IMG/VR virus record: IMGVR_UViG_3300032136_000002
Coordinates: 38,281 to 102,280 of that record
Reading direction: 5' to 3' (one strand)
Length of the DNA stretch: 64,000 nt
Origin: a virus
Below, in pieces: positions 27,593-37,679 of this stretch (position 1 is the stretch's first letter; the number at the start of each line of letters is the position of its first letter). The position numbers were made by a program, and so were the translations under genes. The notes beneath the pieces are model-generated. The model did not search any database, was not told the origin of the DNA, and saw only the letters and a list, made by a program, of their open reading frames with translations.

Positions 27593-28458
27593 GTGCGGAT
27601 TACTCGAATGTGAATCCTGTCGTGAGAGCCGATGAGGAAATGTTTGGTGTTCTCAGTAAGTTGATGGCTCACGTGTCCTCTGTAGCGATCAAACGGCAAG
27701 CCCAAACCCTGAAACTCGATATCTCCGCTCCAGAGTTTCAGGGTCCAGGTAGTCGAGTCCCGTTAATGGTAGCTATCTTCAAGAAGAAGTTCCCCGACGT
27801 GGAGCCCTTCATCGATACCGCCGAAGTGAATGGGCCTGTACCCCTCCCCTCCTCCGAAGACGCGCCTCCCGCCGAACCCCAGGCCGCTGCTACTGAGCCG
27901 AAGCCCGAACCAGCACCCGCTGCTGAGCCTGCCCCTCCCCCCAAGAAAGTCCCAGCCAAGAGCAAGGCCAAGGCCAAAGCTGCCCCAACGGTAGCCAAAA
28001 AGCGTACGACCAAAACCAAGACCAATACAAAGACCAATGGGACCGCCCCCAAAGGCCGGCTCAACTTCGTGGACGACGAGGACGAGAACAGTGAAAAGGA
28101 CACCCCTGAAGGGGCACCCCCTGTAGCCGCAGCTCCCGCCCCTCAACCCTCACCCGTAGCAACGCCAGCTGCGCCTGACTCTCGTATAGACGAACTCATC
28201 GAGTACATGGCCCGCGTCGACGCCAAAATGACCCACCTGAGTGAACAGAACGACCGGATCGTGGAGGCTCTGGCGTCACTCGACCCCATCCTCAACATCG
28301 TGGTGGCCTCTGTTCAAAACGGCCTCCAGCGGCTGGGCAAGGAGTGGAACATCTCCAAAGTTATGGGGAACTTGTTCGACAAGATCACTGAGACCTACCT
28401 GCCTGCAACGGAGGACCAACCTGAACCGGAAGAAGAGGCAGAGGAGACTCCAACTTGA
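27589..28458 (+). CDS. Hypothetical protein with Pro/Ala/Lys-rich disordered centre
   Basis: ATGA overlap; AGGAGG RBS. Confidence 0.8.
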   Translation: MSADYSNVNPVVRADEEMFGVLSKLMAHVSSVAIKRQAQTLKLDISAPEFQGPGSRVPLMVAIFKKKFPDVEPFIDTAEVNGPVPLPSSEDAPPAEPQAAATEPKPEPAPAAEPAPPPKKVPAKSKAKAKAAPTVAKKRTTKTKTNTKTNGTAPKGRLNFVDDEDENSEKDTPEGAPPVAAAPAPQPSPVATPAAPDSRIDELIEYMARVDAKMTHLSEQNDRIVEALASLDPILNIVVASVQNGLQRLGKEWNISKVMGNLFDKITETYLPATEDQPEPEEEAEETPT

Positions 28459-28629
28459 CTGACCACACCTGCCGTGGCAATTGCTCCCGACGAGTTCAAC
28501 CGGTTGTCACTGGAGGAACTCGTCGGGCTGACCCACCAATTAGGGTTGGCTCCCCCTGAGGACCTCACCGCAGATGAGCTGCGGCAGTGGCTACTTACCT
28601 TCGAGCTCACTCTCCCAACGCTGAATTGA
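28459..28629 (+). CDS. Small helical ORF in frame with the upstream gene (own start at GTG 28474, or read-through)
   Basis: EFNRLSLEELVGLTHQLGLAPPEDLTADELRQWLL; ends just before the hairpin. Confidence 0.45.
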   Translation: MTTPAVAIAPDEFNRLSLEELVGLTHQLGLAPPEDLTADELRQWLLTFELTLPTLN

Positions 28630-28633
28630 GAAA

Positions 28634-28655
28634 CCCCCCGGCCGCGGCCGGGGGG
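28634..28655. terminator. Perfect 22-bp palindrome at the convergence of replication and structural operons
   Basis: CCCCCCGGCCGCGGCCGGGGGG. Confidence 0.65.
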
Positions 28656-28710
28656 ACTCATCCGTCGGGGCACCCGACAAGACGGTTGTACCACCCGCCT
28701 TTTCTTTTAG

Positions 28711-29232
28711 CTACGTCTCCGCCAGCTGAGAGACCCCCCAGATTGAAACGCCAGCCAAAATCACAGCTACTACCGCCCCCGTCACGAAGCCGAACCAGAA
28801 AGAGCTGTACCACTTCAGGTCACCTCGGGCCTGCTCAGCTGCGGTGCGGTAGTAGTCCCGGTGGGCGATGAGCTGTCGCTGCTGCGCATCGTGCACCTGG
28901 GCAGTCGCCGTCCCTCGAATATCCGCCCGCTGCTGGGCGTAGCGCCCGTCCAGCCAGCGCAACCGGCGCACAGCACGCAACCGAACCCCCATGAGCTGAA
29001 GGCGTTCACGGGCGACGAGCGCCCCATCAAAAGGGGCCTCTATAGTCTGGCCCGCCCTGATGGGTAACGAGTTGGGCATCTCGAGCTGAGGAACAATGGT
29101 CTCCTCCCCCGGCGAAGGACAATTGAAGTCTGGGGCTGAAGTGCCGTCGTACGCTTGAGGGGCGCATGCCTGAGCCCAAGCCGGCCGAGGCATGAACAAG
29201 ATGATCAAGATGACGAGAGCTTGTCGAACCAT
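28711..29232 (-). CDS. Exported protein with C-terminal TM helix (spanin-like candidate)
   Basis: Signal peptide ending AWA; C-terminal FWFGFVTGAVVAVILAGVSIWG. Confidence 0.6.
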   Translation of the reverse strand: MVRQALVILIILFMPRPAWAQACAPQAYDGTSAPDFNCPSPGEETIVPQLEMPNSLPIRAGQTIEAPFDGALVARERLQLMGVRLRAVRRLRWLDGRYAQQRADIRGTATAQVHDAQQRQLIAHRDYYRTAAEQARGDLKWYSSFWFGFVTGAVVAVILAGVSIWGVSQLAET

Positions 29233-29555
29233 TGGACCACCTCATCGAGAGGCTTGGCCTCGAGCTCGGTTAGCTCCTTCCGCTGCTCAGTCGATAACCT
29301 CTGCAGCTCTTCGGCGTGCTCCTGCTTGAGCTCGAGGAGCTTCTCATCACGTTCAATCAATACATTGCGGATCTCGTAGAGGGTATCGTCCGGCGCCGGA
29401 AGTTCCAACTCCTCATCGTCAAACAGCGCATCAACAACTTGGCGGCCAACGAACAAAAAACTGAGGATACCAATGGGAAAGAGCACCCACTTCCACCACC
29501 TCTTCCACCAGGCCCAGACTTTAGAGAGAACTGCGAGGATCGCGACGGCCATCAT
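29205..29555 (-). CDS. Membrane-anchored coiled-coil protein (i-spanin-like candidate)
   Basis: Trp/Lys-rich N-terminus, TM helix, acidic coiled coil. Confidence 0.6.
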   Translation of the reverse strand: MMAVAILAVLSKVWAWWKRWWKWVLFPIGILSFLFVGRQVVDALFDDEELELPAPDDTLYEIRNVLIERDEKLLELKQEHAEELQRLSTEQRKELTELEAKPLDEVVQWFDKLSSS

Positions 29556-30064
29556 TTTGCCTGTTTGACTGGAAGGGCAAACTCTCTCAACGGGGGGACG
29601 TACTCCTTTTGGAAGCGCTTGATCAGGGCAGGTATCCCCTCAGTAAGACCGTGGACTACAGTTTTGATCCCCTCGGGTGGCATCTTGTCGTGGTGGAACA
29701 GCGTAAGACCTCCGACCTGATGCCCATGGACTCTCCCCTTGCGATAGCTCACCGGGAAAAGCCCCTTCTCTCCTGAGAGGGGTACTGCCAGCCGGGTAGG
29801 CTTGAACCCCATCGTCTTGACCGACGGCATCTGTGACGTGCGCACTGCCACGGTCTCGTGGCCCAAGATCCGCCCTCGAGATTTATCAACAGCTTTCGAT
29901 ATACGGGCCAAAGCCTTATCCGGCGCCAGCTTACGATTCATGCTCACCAGGGGGATATCGCTGCGAAGCTCACTCCGCTCCCCCCGCACTTTGCGGTAGG
30001 CCACGTCAATCGCGATCTTGAAGAGCTCCTGAGCAAACCCCTCTCCGTTCAGCCATTGAGCCAC
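29552..30064 (-). CDS. Basic hypothetical protein
   Basis: ORF track; FAQELFKIA motif. Confidence 0.65.
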   Translation of the reverse strand: MAQWLNGEGFAQELFKIAIDVAYRKVRGERSELRSDIPLVSMNRKLAPDKALARISKAVDKSRGRILGHETVAVRTSQMPSVKTMGFKPTRLAVPLSGEKGLFPVSYRKGRVHGHQVGGLTLFHHDKMPPEGIKTVVHGLTEGIPALIKRFQKEYVPPLREFALPVKQAK

Positions 30065-30447
30065 AGTCCCCTCCTCAACTCCTTCTGCTTCCTCGGGTCG
30101 TCATCAAGGTCAATCTTGATGCCGCGGCTCTCGATGTACTTCTTCACCCCCTTGACGATCCACTGGGAACACAGACCGGCGACGGAATAAAGGAGCGCCA
30201 CTGTGAACTGGCTCGACTCGGTCAAGGCCTCGGGCCGGGGGATGGCGGGGACCCAACCGAGGGCGAAGCCAATGATGGGCGGCCACACCAACTTGGTCCC
30301 ATCCAGCTCCCTCAGAATGGTGCGCAAGGAGTTGATGCGCCACAGCTGCCCGCCCACGAACCGGTTGAAGAACCCAAAGACGAGGAACACCACGACGCCT
30401 ATGAGCAGGAACTGCCAAGAGAAGAAGACACCGCCTATCGCATCCAT
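30049..30447 (-). CDS. Holin-like membrane protein
   Basis: Three hydrophobic segments and a charged C-terminal tail. Confidence 0.55.
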   Translation of the reverse strand: MDAIGGVFFSWQFLLIGVVVFLVFGFFNRFVGGQLWRINSLRTILRELDGTKLVWPPIIGFALGWVPAIPRPEALTESSQFTVALLYSVAGLCSQWIVKGVKKYIESRGIKIDLDDDPRKQKELRRGLWLNG

Positions 30448-30504
30448 GCTGCCGCCTTGGTTGTGGAATTAGTATCGCTGAGGAGAGGACAAGGGGGCAA
30501 GGGG

Positions 30505-32409
30505 CTAGACGGTCGCGCCTACGACAGCAGACTCCTGTGCTTTGGAAATCCACACGCGGGTGTCTACCGTCCCCCCTGTAGGCTGAATAAACCTCCCCCC
30601 TAGATAGCGTAACGTTGATGGAACCGATACCAGTCCATAATCCGTTGGTTGAACCTGATCTTCCATACCAATGAGATTCCACGTAGTTCCGTAATCTGTT
30701 GACCAACGAACCACACCGGTAGTTCCCGTCAGTATGATAAGCCCCCGCCCATCACACCCAACATTGTTAAACTGACGCGTTGTAGACCCTGAAGACACAA
30801 GAGACCATGTTGCCGCAGTTGCATCATCAGAGAGATAGAAATCGTGCCACGTAACGTTCGGAGTAAGACCCGCCCATAGCCCTGAGCGCGCATCATGCGC
30901 TACGTGTACCAACGGCTGCGCGATGTCTGTCCAGGTGTCACCGCCGTCTGTTGAGCGCGCTAGACCGGCACCACCATAAACTAGAATCGTCCCGGTACCA
31001 TTCGTAACGAGTTTGACTGGAACATTCGTCATTGGCGTAGTGACAGTCGCCCAAGTCGTACCGTCGTTACTGCGAAGAACTACTACACCGCCGCCGCCAT
31101 CAGTACCAACAAGGATAAAGTACCCGGTGTTATCGTCGTAAACGACGTCCGTAAAAACCCAAGCGCCCGTGTTATACGGAGCCGGAACAGTTGCGTTTAA
31201 CCAAGGACCGGGTAGTGCATCAACTGAGTACTGGATGACAGCACCGTTCGCGCCCGGTGCTGGACCATTTTTACCTACGGCCACCCAAATACCGTTGGCC
31301 GTAACCCCCATTCCCCAAGCGACACCCCAGAAGATCTGAGGGGTGGGCGCTGCGGGAGAAATACCACTCCAGTTGTTGTACGGCGTTGACCCTTGAACGA
31401 GCGGGTACCCTCCAGCAATAGTAGCACCGGTCCCGTCACCCCCAACCATTACCCACATCTGTCGTTCGATGGTGCCCGTTCCCTTCCCATTCCCTACAGC
31501 TATTCCGTACTGAGGTGTACCGGGGCCAAAAATGTGCGTGGACTCCGGGCTAAGCTCCCAATCCAGCGCACGGTACACCGTGTCCCTCCGCTCCATCGCA
31601 TCGAGCCGCGCTGTGAGCGTAGCCACCTGGTCCTCAATGGAGCCTGCCGCCATCGGCTCAAAATCTGAAGTCTTGGCCGTGGCCCCAATACGGTCAGACC
31701 CATCGTCCGACGTGAGGTCCGTGATGATCTTGTCGAGCTGACTCTCCACATCCGTAGCTGGGTTGGTCGTGCCGTCGTGCCAGGCTCCGCCACCCGAGTA
31801 GGCGATGTTCGCCGCAGGGATGTCCTCGCCAGGCACCTCTTCCAGCCCGCGGAGGCCGGCGTGGGTGAGTGCGTAGACCGGGAGCTCACCGATGGTCGTA
31901 CCGATGTAGTAACCGATGCGGTAGTTGGCCGAGGGCAGCGTCTCATTGAGGTTGAGGGTGGTTGCTGTGGCCACGAACTCATCACCGAGGCTATTGTCTG
32001 AGAGGCTTGTGACCTTCACCTCATTGCCGTTGACCCGAACCTCGTTGTAGTCCTCATCCAGGAGCTGGAAGAGCTGGTCCAGCCGCTCTTGTCCCGTCCA
32101 GCCCGTCTCACCGCAATACAGCGTGCCCGTGTAATTGACGTCTCCCGCGGCTCCGCCACTGGGATCGATGACAATGGTCGTACCGCTGTGCCCTGTCAGC
32201 ACCCCGACCTCGGGAGAAGCGATGTCCCGAGTCATCCGGGTGTCGAGGTCGTCCGTGTTCTCGGCCAGGGCGGCGAAACTCCGATTGAGCACCTCGCCTT
32301 CAGCATCCTCACCGTTGTCGATGAAACGTGTCCCCGCAGGATATGTCGGTGTGTCTCCGGCCTGGATGGGCAGCGTGCTCAGCAATGTGGCTCGGCTACG
32401 AAAAGTCAT
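30505..32409 (-). CDS. Tail fibre/receptor-binding protein with Asp-box (BNR) beta-propeller
   Basis: RSNDGTTW, RSTDGGDTW, WSTDYGTTW; AGGAG RBS before ATG 32409. Confidence 0.75.
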   Translation of the reverse strand: MTFRSRATLLSTLPIQAGDTPTYPAGTRFIDNGEDAEGEVLNRSFAALAENTDDLDTRMTRDIASPEVGVLTGHSGTTIVIDPSGGAAGDVNYTGTLYCGETGWTGQERLDQLFQLLDEDYNEVRVNGNEVKVTSLSDNSLGDEFVATATTLNLNETLPSANYRIGYYIGTTIGELPVYALTHAGLRGLEEVPGEDIPAANIAYSGGGAWHDGTTNPATDVESQLDKIITDLTSDDGSDRIGATAKTSDFEPMAAGSIEDQVATLTARLDAMERRDTVYRALDWELSPESTHIFGPGTPQYGIAVGNGKGTGTIERQMWVMVGGDGTGATIAGGYPLVQGSTPYNNWSGISPAAPTPQIFWGVAWGMGVTANGIWVAVGKNGPAPGANGAVIQYSVDALPGPWLNATVPAPYNTGAWVFTDVVYDDNTGYFILVGTDGGGGVVVLRSNDGTTWATVTTPMTNVPVKLVTNGTGTILVYGGAGLARSTDGGDTWTDIAQPLVHVAHDARSGLWAGLTPNVTWHDFYLSDDATAATWSLVSSGSTTRQFNNVGCDGRGLIILTGTTGVVRWSTDYGTTWNLIGMEDQVQPTDYGLVSVPSTLRYLGGRFIQPTGGTVDTRVWISKAQESAVVGATV

Positions 32410-32417
32410 GTCTTCTC

Positions 32418-33224
32418 CTATGCGAAGCGAAGCTCCCAATCGACCTGGAGCACGAACTCTGACGTCTTGGACAGGGTGTCGAAGGTGTTGTACGCCACCA
32501 TGTAGCGTACCCCAATGGGCGGGTTGGCCGGCACAGGCGGCGTGACCTCACGATCGCTGGCGAGTGGTGGGAGGTCTTGGCTCGTCACCGACTCAGTAAA
32601 GAGCCCAATCTCTGACAGCGGCACTGAGGTCGCTGTGCCGAAGCTCACCTCATTGTAGCCCAGGACCGCGGTGAACCGGGCTGTGCCCGCCTCAGGGAAC
32701 ACAGCGGGGGCCACAATGCCGTCGTAGTAGTCCGAGGCCAAAACCTGGACCGGGTACTCGAGGCCGGTCACGTCGGGGTCAGCGTCAGTCTGCGCCGGGT
32801 TCCCGCTGCCGGCCGTCCCGTCATCACCGTAACCCCCCGTCGTCGTATCTGATGGAGTAGAGTATCCCCAGTGGTTGGGGTAACCCGCCCACGTCCCCCG
32901 AATGGTGTCGGAGGCCACCAGCTGCCGCGTGCCTCCAATGCCGAAGGCCATGTAGCGAATCCGGTCATCACGAAACGACGCGTAGCCCGTGTCGAGGGAG
33001 ATGAGCTCGCTGATCCACTCTCGCCCGTAGTCGACGAAAATGTTGTGGTCTTCGCGCTGCTCCACGATGGGCCCGTCTTGGTAGGGGCGAAGCGTAAGGC
33101 GGACGTTGGAGCCGACGGTGATGGGGGGCGCCCCTCCCCCATCCCGCCAGCTCCCTCCTCCGTCTCCTCGCTTGAGCAGCCTCACCCGGTCGGTGACACG
33201 GATATCGTCCCGAAATCTCGTCAT
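32418..33224 (-). CDS. Baseplate/tail-collar protein
   Basis: HNIFVDYGRE; YMAFGIGG; LSEIGLFT; FDTLSKT; ATGA overlap at 33221-33224. Confidence 0.7.
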   Translation of the reverse strand: MTRFRDDIRVTDRVRLLKRGDGGGSWRDGGGAPPITVGSNVRLTLRPYQDGPIVEQREDHNIFVDYGREWISELISLDTGYASFRDDRIRYMAFGIGGTRQLVASDTIRGTWAGYPNHWGYSTPSDTTTGGYGDDGTAGSGNPAQTDADPDVTGLEYPVQVLASDYYDGIVAPAVFPEAGTARFTAVLGYNEVSFGTATSVPLSEIGLFTESVTSQDLPPLASDREVTPPVPANPPIGVRYMVAYNTFDTLSKTSEFVLQVDWELRFA

Positions 33225-33496
33225 GTTCGCCTCGTGTCCCGCCGAATCACGGTGTACCAACCCGCGGGGATATCGCTGCCGAACTTCCAGCTTCGGTTCG
33301 GGGGCGAGTAGTCCGCCCCGTACGTCCCGGCGTCCCAATCTTCAATCGTCAGCCCAAACGGGCCATCCCATTTTTCGGTCCCACTGGTGAATCCTGCTGG
33401 AGGAGCGGCCGGCGCAGGGCCGGACAACCGTTGGGCGTGATCACAACTAGCCGCCCCGAATTGTAGGAAGGGCATGCCGAACTTCAATTTTGGCAT
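33221..33496 (-). CDS. Small structural-module protein
   Basis: GAGG RBS; coupled to the downstream gene. Confidence 0.55.
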   Translation of the reverse strand: MPKLKFGMPFLQFGAASCDHAQRLSGPAPAAPPAGFTSGTEKWDGPFGLTIEDWDAGTYGADYSPPNRSWKFGSDIPAGWYTVIRRDTRRT

Positions 33497-33503
33497 CTGA
33501 TCC

Positions 33504-36500
33504 TCAGCTCAATTCCATAGAAATCTGAAGGGTTACCACGTCGTCGGGACACCCTCCGTCAGTGAATCCGCCAGTGCGCCCCTCATAGTACCTGTGGAAC
33601 CCCCACTGTTGCCAGCCCATCTCCTGCTGATACATCTCAACGTTATCGACGTAGAAGGTCCCGCCTGCGGGTCCAGTTTTGATGTGCAGCTGTGCAGCCT
33701 GGGTCGTCCCCGAGAGCTTCCAGGCGTGGAGCACCACCTCGAGCCACCCGCCCCCCGACGTGCCCTGGCGGGCCTCGGCAATGACCGTCGAGCCGTCTTG
33801 GTCGATTATCTCGAAGTGGGCCTGGCCAGATTCCACGTAGACCTGGAGCCGGGCCCCTACCTGGTGGCCCTCGTCGACCTGGACGAACTCACGATAGACC
33901 CCTTGACCGGCAGCAGTGTCCTCGATCTTGAGGCTCTGCGTGCCGGCATAGACGGTTACAGCGTCCTTCGCCTTGGTCGTCGGACCGGCCGCCGGGATGT
34001 CGGGCCAGTTAGCCACGCCCGCAGTCTCCATGTCCCGATCTCCCGACAGGTCAGGGTCGAGCACGCCAAACTTATGCACTGTTCGACCGCTACCGTCCCG
34101 GGACCCAATGCGAAACGACCCAAGCGATATGACCCGTGCGCTCGTGGCCGGGTCTGCAGTGGGCACGCGACCCGTCACGTCAACCAGGTGCAGGTTGCCT
34201 CGCTCCTTGGCCAGCAAGAAGTTGTCACCCACCGGCCGGTCAGTGGGCCAGCGCTCAGCGATATCGTAGGTCGGCGTCGCCACCCGGGTGACCCGCGTCT
34301 CGTAGGGCGAAGTCACCCAACCCAGCGGCGTGGGGTAGCTCCACGTGTCGTAAAGGCTCCCGTCTGACACCGGACCCAACGCTAAAGCGTCCGAGACATT
34401 GATGTCCCGCAGGTGCTCCGCGGTGACCACAAACCAGGGCTTGGTGTAGGGCGGTTTGATTCGATTCACATATTCCAGAACCAGCTGGAGGTTCGTCAGG
34501 TCAAAAATGGACGAGTCAACCAGGATGCCGAAGGTATGCACCTTCCACAGCTCCAGGAAGTCCCCTGAGCTGACGTAGGGGGCAAACCAGTCCGGGTCCG
34601 AGATGTAGTCCTGATACTCCACGCCTGTGCACAGCGGAGCGAACTGAACCACGGTATCGCCCAGGACGTAGGCCACTCCCGTCTCCGGGTTGGTCTCTAG
34701 TGACAAGCCGCTCGGGTAGAAGTAGGACCTCACCGTAGTGGAGTTAGCCGCGTCCCGAATGAGGACCCGGGCCCGGGTCGAATCGAAAGACCCGTTGATG
34801 TCCACAATCGTCCCCTTTACCTCAGCAAAGGGTAGGCCCAACAGGACCTGAGCACCGATACGCATGTTGTAGGGCCGGGGACCAAACCAGTACGCGTACC
34901 AAAGCCCCTGAACCGCTGATAGGTAGTCAAGCGAGTCCGTCCGGGCCTCCAAGTCCTCCTCGGTGAACCCCACCAAGCGACCGAAGTTAGCCTCGATGGT
35001 GGGCTTGTTGTCGAGATAGGTGACCTCAGCCCAAAGATACGTCGGCGGGGTATCAATCTCGAGGATGCGCCAGGATAGCCCCGATGCTGAGGCCAAAGCC
35101 TCGTCTTCGAGCTCTACTCGTGTCGCCGAAACAACCTGGAAGAGACGATAGCGGATACCCCCAATCTCTAGCACGTACCCGGTCAGGTCGGCGCCCGCGC
35201 CGAACAGGGTCTCGAAGTTCGTGCCCGCTGAGTCAAAATATCTTGGGCCGGCCGTAGTATCTCCGTCCAGCCCCCGGACGGCTTCGGTGAACCAAGCATC
35301 GCGGAACAGCAGCGTGTTGACCTCAGTCCCCTCGATATCACGAGTCTCGATGATGTGGTTGAGGTTCTCGTAGAGGTACGGGGCCGTGAGGTCGAGGTTT
35401 CGGTCGACGTACTGCTGCAATCGAGGGAGCCCCACCACACAAGCGTTGAGCCGCATAGCGCCGCGCCGAACTACGGAAACCAAGACTACCGTCTGGTCCG
35501 GGTCAGCCAGTGGGCCTGATATGGGGGAGCTGTCGAAAGAGAGCCGTTTTCGGCGGACCCCGTAAACAAAGCACTCCTCTTCCCGCACGTTCCCGTCAGC
35601 GTCGGTCACCTCGAACACCGCGCTGTCGCCGTAGGTCACCCCCTCGTACTCGAGGTTCTGGCTGTTGAGTACCGCCGTCGGTTTAATCAAGAATGAGGTT
35701 GGCCGGTCAGTCGTAGGTAACGGATCGACGGTGACCACCTTGGTCCCGTTAGCCCGAGCAATACGGTAGGCCGTTCCTTCGAGCACCAGGAGATACTTCT
35801 CAAGCGACGTCGTCGGAACGGTGACCCCTGTCTCATAGCTGTACGCGTTCGTCCCGGGGCTCGCGGAGTAGCCTGCCAAATCGTGGGTTGTGTAGAGCAC
35901 CGCTGGGAAATCGTCCCGATCAGGGTCATCACTCCGCGAAGCGTAGGCTAACCATCGACGCTGGAAGATACGTTGGATATCGAGGATGGCCTTGGCGTAG
36001 TCGTGCTGCCAGAGCTCGAGGAGGAGTCCTGCTACCACCTGGGCGAAGGCATTCCACGACGTCTCAATCTTGTCCCGGTCAGCGACGAGAGACCAGAAGT
36101 CCGATAGGTAATTCCAAATCCACCCCTCATCCGGAACAAAGCCAAAGGGGACCGCTGTCTCCTGAGCACTGATGACGACCTCAGCGGGCAAACTCATCAC
36201 CTCGCCGTCATGAACCAGGAGCTCTACTCTGTAAGAGCCGGCGACGTCCGGCAGCATCGAACCGATGGAACTGATGCGCCCAGACCAATGATCCATCTCC
36301 CACGGCAAAGCAACAGTCTCTTCCCATTGGCCGGCGGGGTAGTTGCCCCCGAGATAGCGGTAGTGTTGCCGCGTGTCGATATCAAAAATAAGGTCGTCAG
36401 CTTCAGGGCTCGTGAAAGACCACGACCCATTCCACGTCGCCAACCGGTCCTCTTGACCTGTGAAAGCCCCAGAACCCGTAGCTACGACCAGGTATGTGGC

Positions 36501-37670
36501 GCTAATGGTAGGGCTTCCAGGGGGAGCAGAGACCTGCTCGACTACCAGCGTACGTTCGGTGGAGAGGAAGCTGCCGCCCCAGTTGAGCTGTTTGAGGGCT
36601 CGCCATTCAGCGGAGGCATCGCCTGCGGTGAAGACTTTTTCCGCCACCACGAGGAAAGTCGATTCGAGGTAGACAACGAGAGCACCACTATCTCCAACGT
36701 ATACAAAGTCGCCCACGTCAAGGTCGTCAAAATCACCTGTGTTACCCTGTAGCTCATCTGTATAGCCTGACGGGTCAGCCGGTGTTTGGCCAGTCCCCCC
36801 GTACCACAGAGCCGAACTCTCAGGCGCGCTGAGCAGCGTCCACCAATAGTCCAGCGGCGTTACGCCCTCAGGGTCATAACTCTCTCGGCCATCCAGCCCT
36901 GCGTAACTCCCGATGACTACACGTTGGTCCGACCCTGGGACCGCAACGGGCCGAGCATTGGGGATGCGGGCCTCGCCCGACAGCCGAATGCAATCCAACA
37001 GGATTTCGCTGGGAGCCGCCGCTGTCCCGATAACCTCGACGACGACCCGGTCGACGATGCCAATAGGCGTCTCGAGCAGGTCAAACGTGTAGCGGAGCTG
37101 GTGACCGATAGTGGCGATCAAGTCTGTGCGCGTGAGATACAGGTGAGCCCGGCCCGTGGCAGCGTTACCCACGAGCCGCATGGTGTAGTAGTCGGTCGAG
37201 CTCGCGTCGAACAGCTCATCGCTGCCTGTCAGCGGCGTCAGTGGGCCTTCGCCGGTCTGTCCAATGGCCAAGCCCTGGTTCTCGGACAGAGCCACGCCAA
37301 TACAGTTGCTATACCTGTTGTAGACGCCGAAGAACACACGGTTTGTGCCGAGGGCCGAGAAGTCGTCTGGGAGCTGCTCAGGGATGAACGTGACCTGCAG
37401 AGAGAAGCTGTCAGCGATGGTTGTATCGACGTAAAACCCGCTGGCCGCCTCATCATCCGAGAGGATGTTCAGGTCGTTGTTCCCGTCGAACCACAAGTGC
37501 GGCGCCCCAAAGATCCGGTAAGGCGTCGTCTCAGAGAAAGAGAACAGCGCGAGCATCGAGGCGTCAGTCGGCTCACAGAAGTCGAACACTTCCCACGTCG
37601 TGCTGGCCGGAAGAGCCGAACCAAACCCGTAGAGTGCGCCGCCGTAGAGAAATGAGCCGTAAGTCGCCAT
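33504..37670 (-). CDS. Large baseplate/tail protein (1388 aa) with PKD-like and carbohydrate-binding-like domains
   Basis: PVAVPGSDQ...LDGRESYDPEG...YWWTL (PKD-like); C-terminal GTQSLKI...FYVDNV (CBM-like); VNRIKPPYT. Confidence 0.7.
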   Translation of the reverse strand: MATYGSFLYGGALYGFGSALPASTTWEVFDFCEPTDASMLALFSFSETTPYRIFGAPHLWFDGNNDLNILSDDEAASGFYVDTTIADSFSLQVTFIPEQLPDDFSALGTNRVFFGVYNRYSNCIGVALSENQGLAIGQTGEGPLTPLTGSDELFDASSTDYYTMRLVGNAATGRAHLYLTRTDLIATIGHQLRYTFDLLETPIGIVDRVVVEVIGTAAAPSEILLDCIRLSGEARIPNARPVAVPGSDQRVVIGSYAGLDGRESYDPEGVTPLDYWWTLLSAPESSALWYGGTGQTPADPSGYTDELQGNTGDFDDLDVGDFVYVGDSGALVVYLESTFLVVAEKVFTAGDASAEWRALKQLNWGGSFLSTERTLVVEQVSAPPGSPTISATYLVVATGSGAFTGQEDRLATWNGSWSFTSPEADDLIFDIDTRQHYRYLGGNYPAGQWEETVALPWEMDHWSGRISSIGSMLPDVAGSYRVELLVHDGEVMSLPAEVVISAQETAVPFGFVPDEGWIWNYLSDFWSLVADRDKIETSWNAFAQVVAGLLLELWQHDYAKAILDIQRIFQRRWLAYASRSDDPDRDDFPAVLYTTHDLAGYSASPGTNAYSYETGVTVPTTSLEKYLLVLEGTAYRIARANGTKVVTVDPLPTTDRPTSFLIKPTAVLNSQNLEYEGVTYGDSAVFEVTDADGNVREEECFVYGVRRKRLSFDSSPISGPLADPDQTVVLVSVVRRGAMRLNACVVGLPRLQQYVDRNLDLTAPYLYENLNHIIETRDIEGTEVNTLLFRDAWFTEAVRGLDGDTTAGPRYFDSAGTNFETLFGAGADLTGYVLEIGGIRYRLFQVVSATRVELEDEALASASGLSWRILEIDTPPTYLWAEVTYLDNKPTIEANFGRLVGFTEEDLEARTDSLDYLSAVQGLWYAYWFGPRPYNMRIGAQVLLGLPFAEVKGTIVDINGSFDSTRARVLIRDAANSTTVRSYFYPSGLSLETNPETGVAYVLGDTVVQFAPLCTGVEYQDYISDPDWFAPYVSSGDFLELWKVHTFGILVDSSIFDLTNLQLVLEYVNRIKPPYTKPWFVVTAEHLRDINVSDALALGPVSDGSLYDTWSYPTPLGWVTSPYETRVTRVATPTYDIAERWPTDRPVGDNFLLAKERGNLHLVDVTGRVPTADPATSARVISLGSFRIGSRDGSGRTVHKFGVLDPDLSGDRDMETAGVANWPDIPAAGPTTKAKDAVTVYAGTQSLKIEDTAAGQGVYREFVQVDEGHQVGARLQVYVESGQAHFEIIDQDGSTVIAEARQGTSGGGWLEVVLHAWKLSGTTQAAQLHIKTGPAGGTFYVDNVEMYQQEMGWQQWGFHRYYEGRTGGFTDGGCPDDVVTLQISMELS

Positions 37671-37679
37671 GATGCCTCG

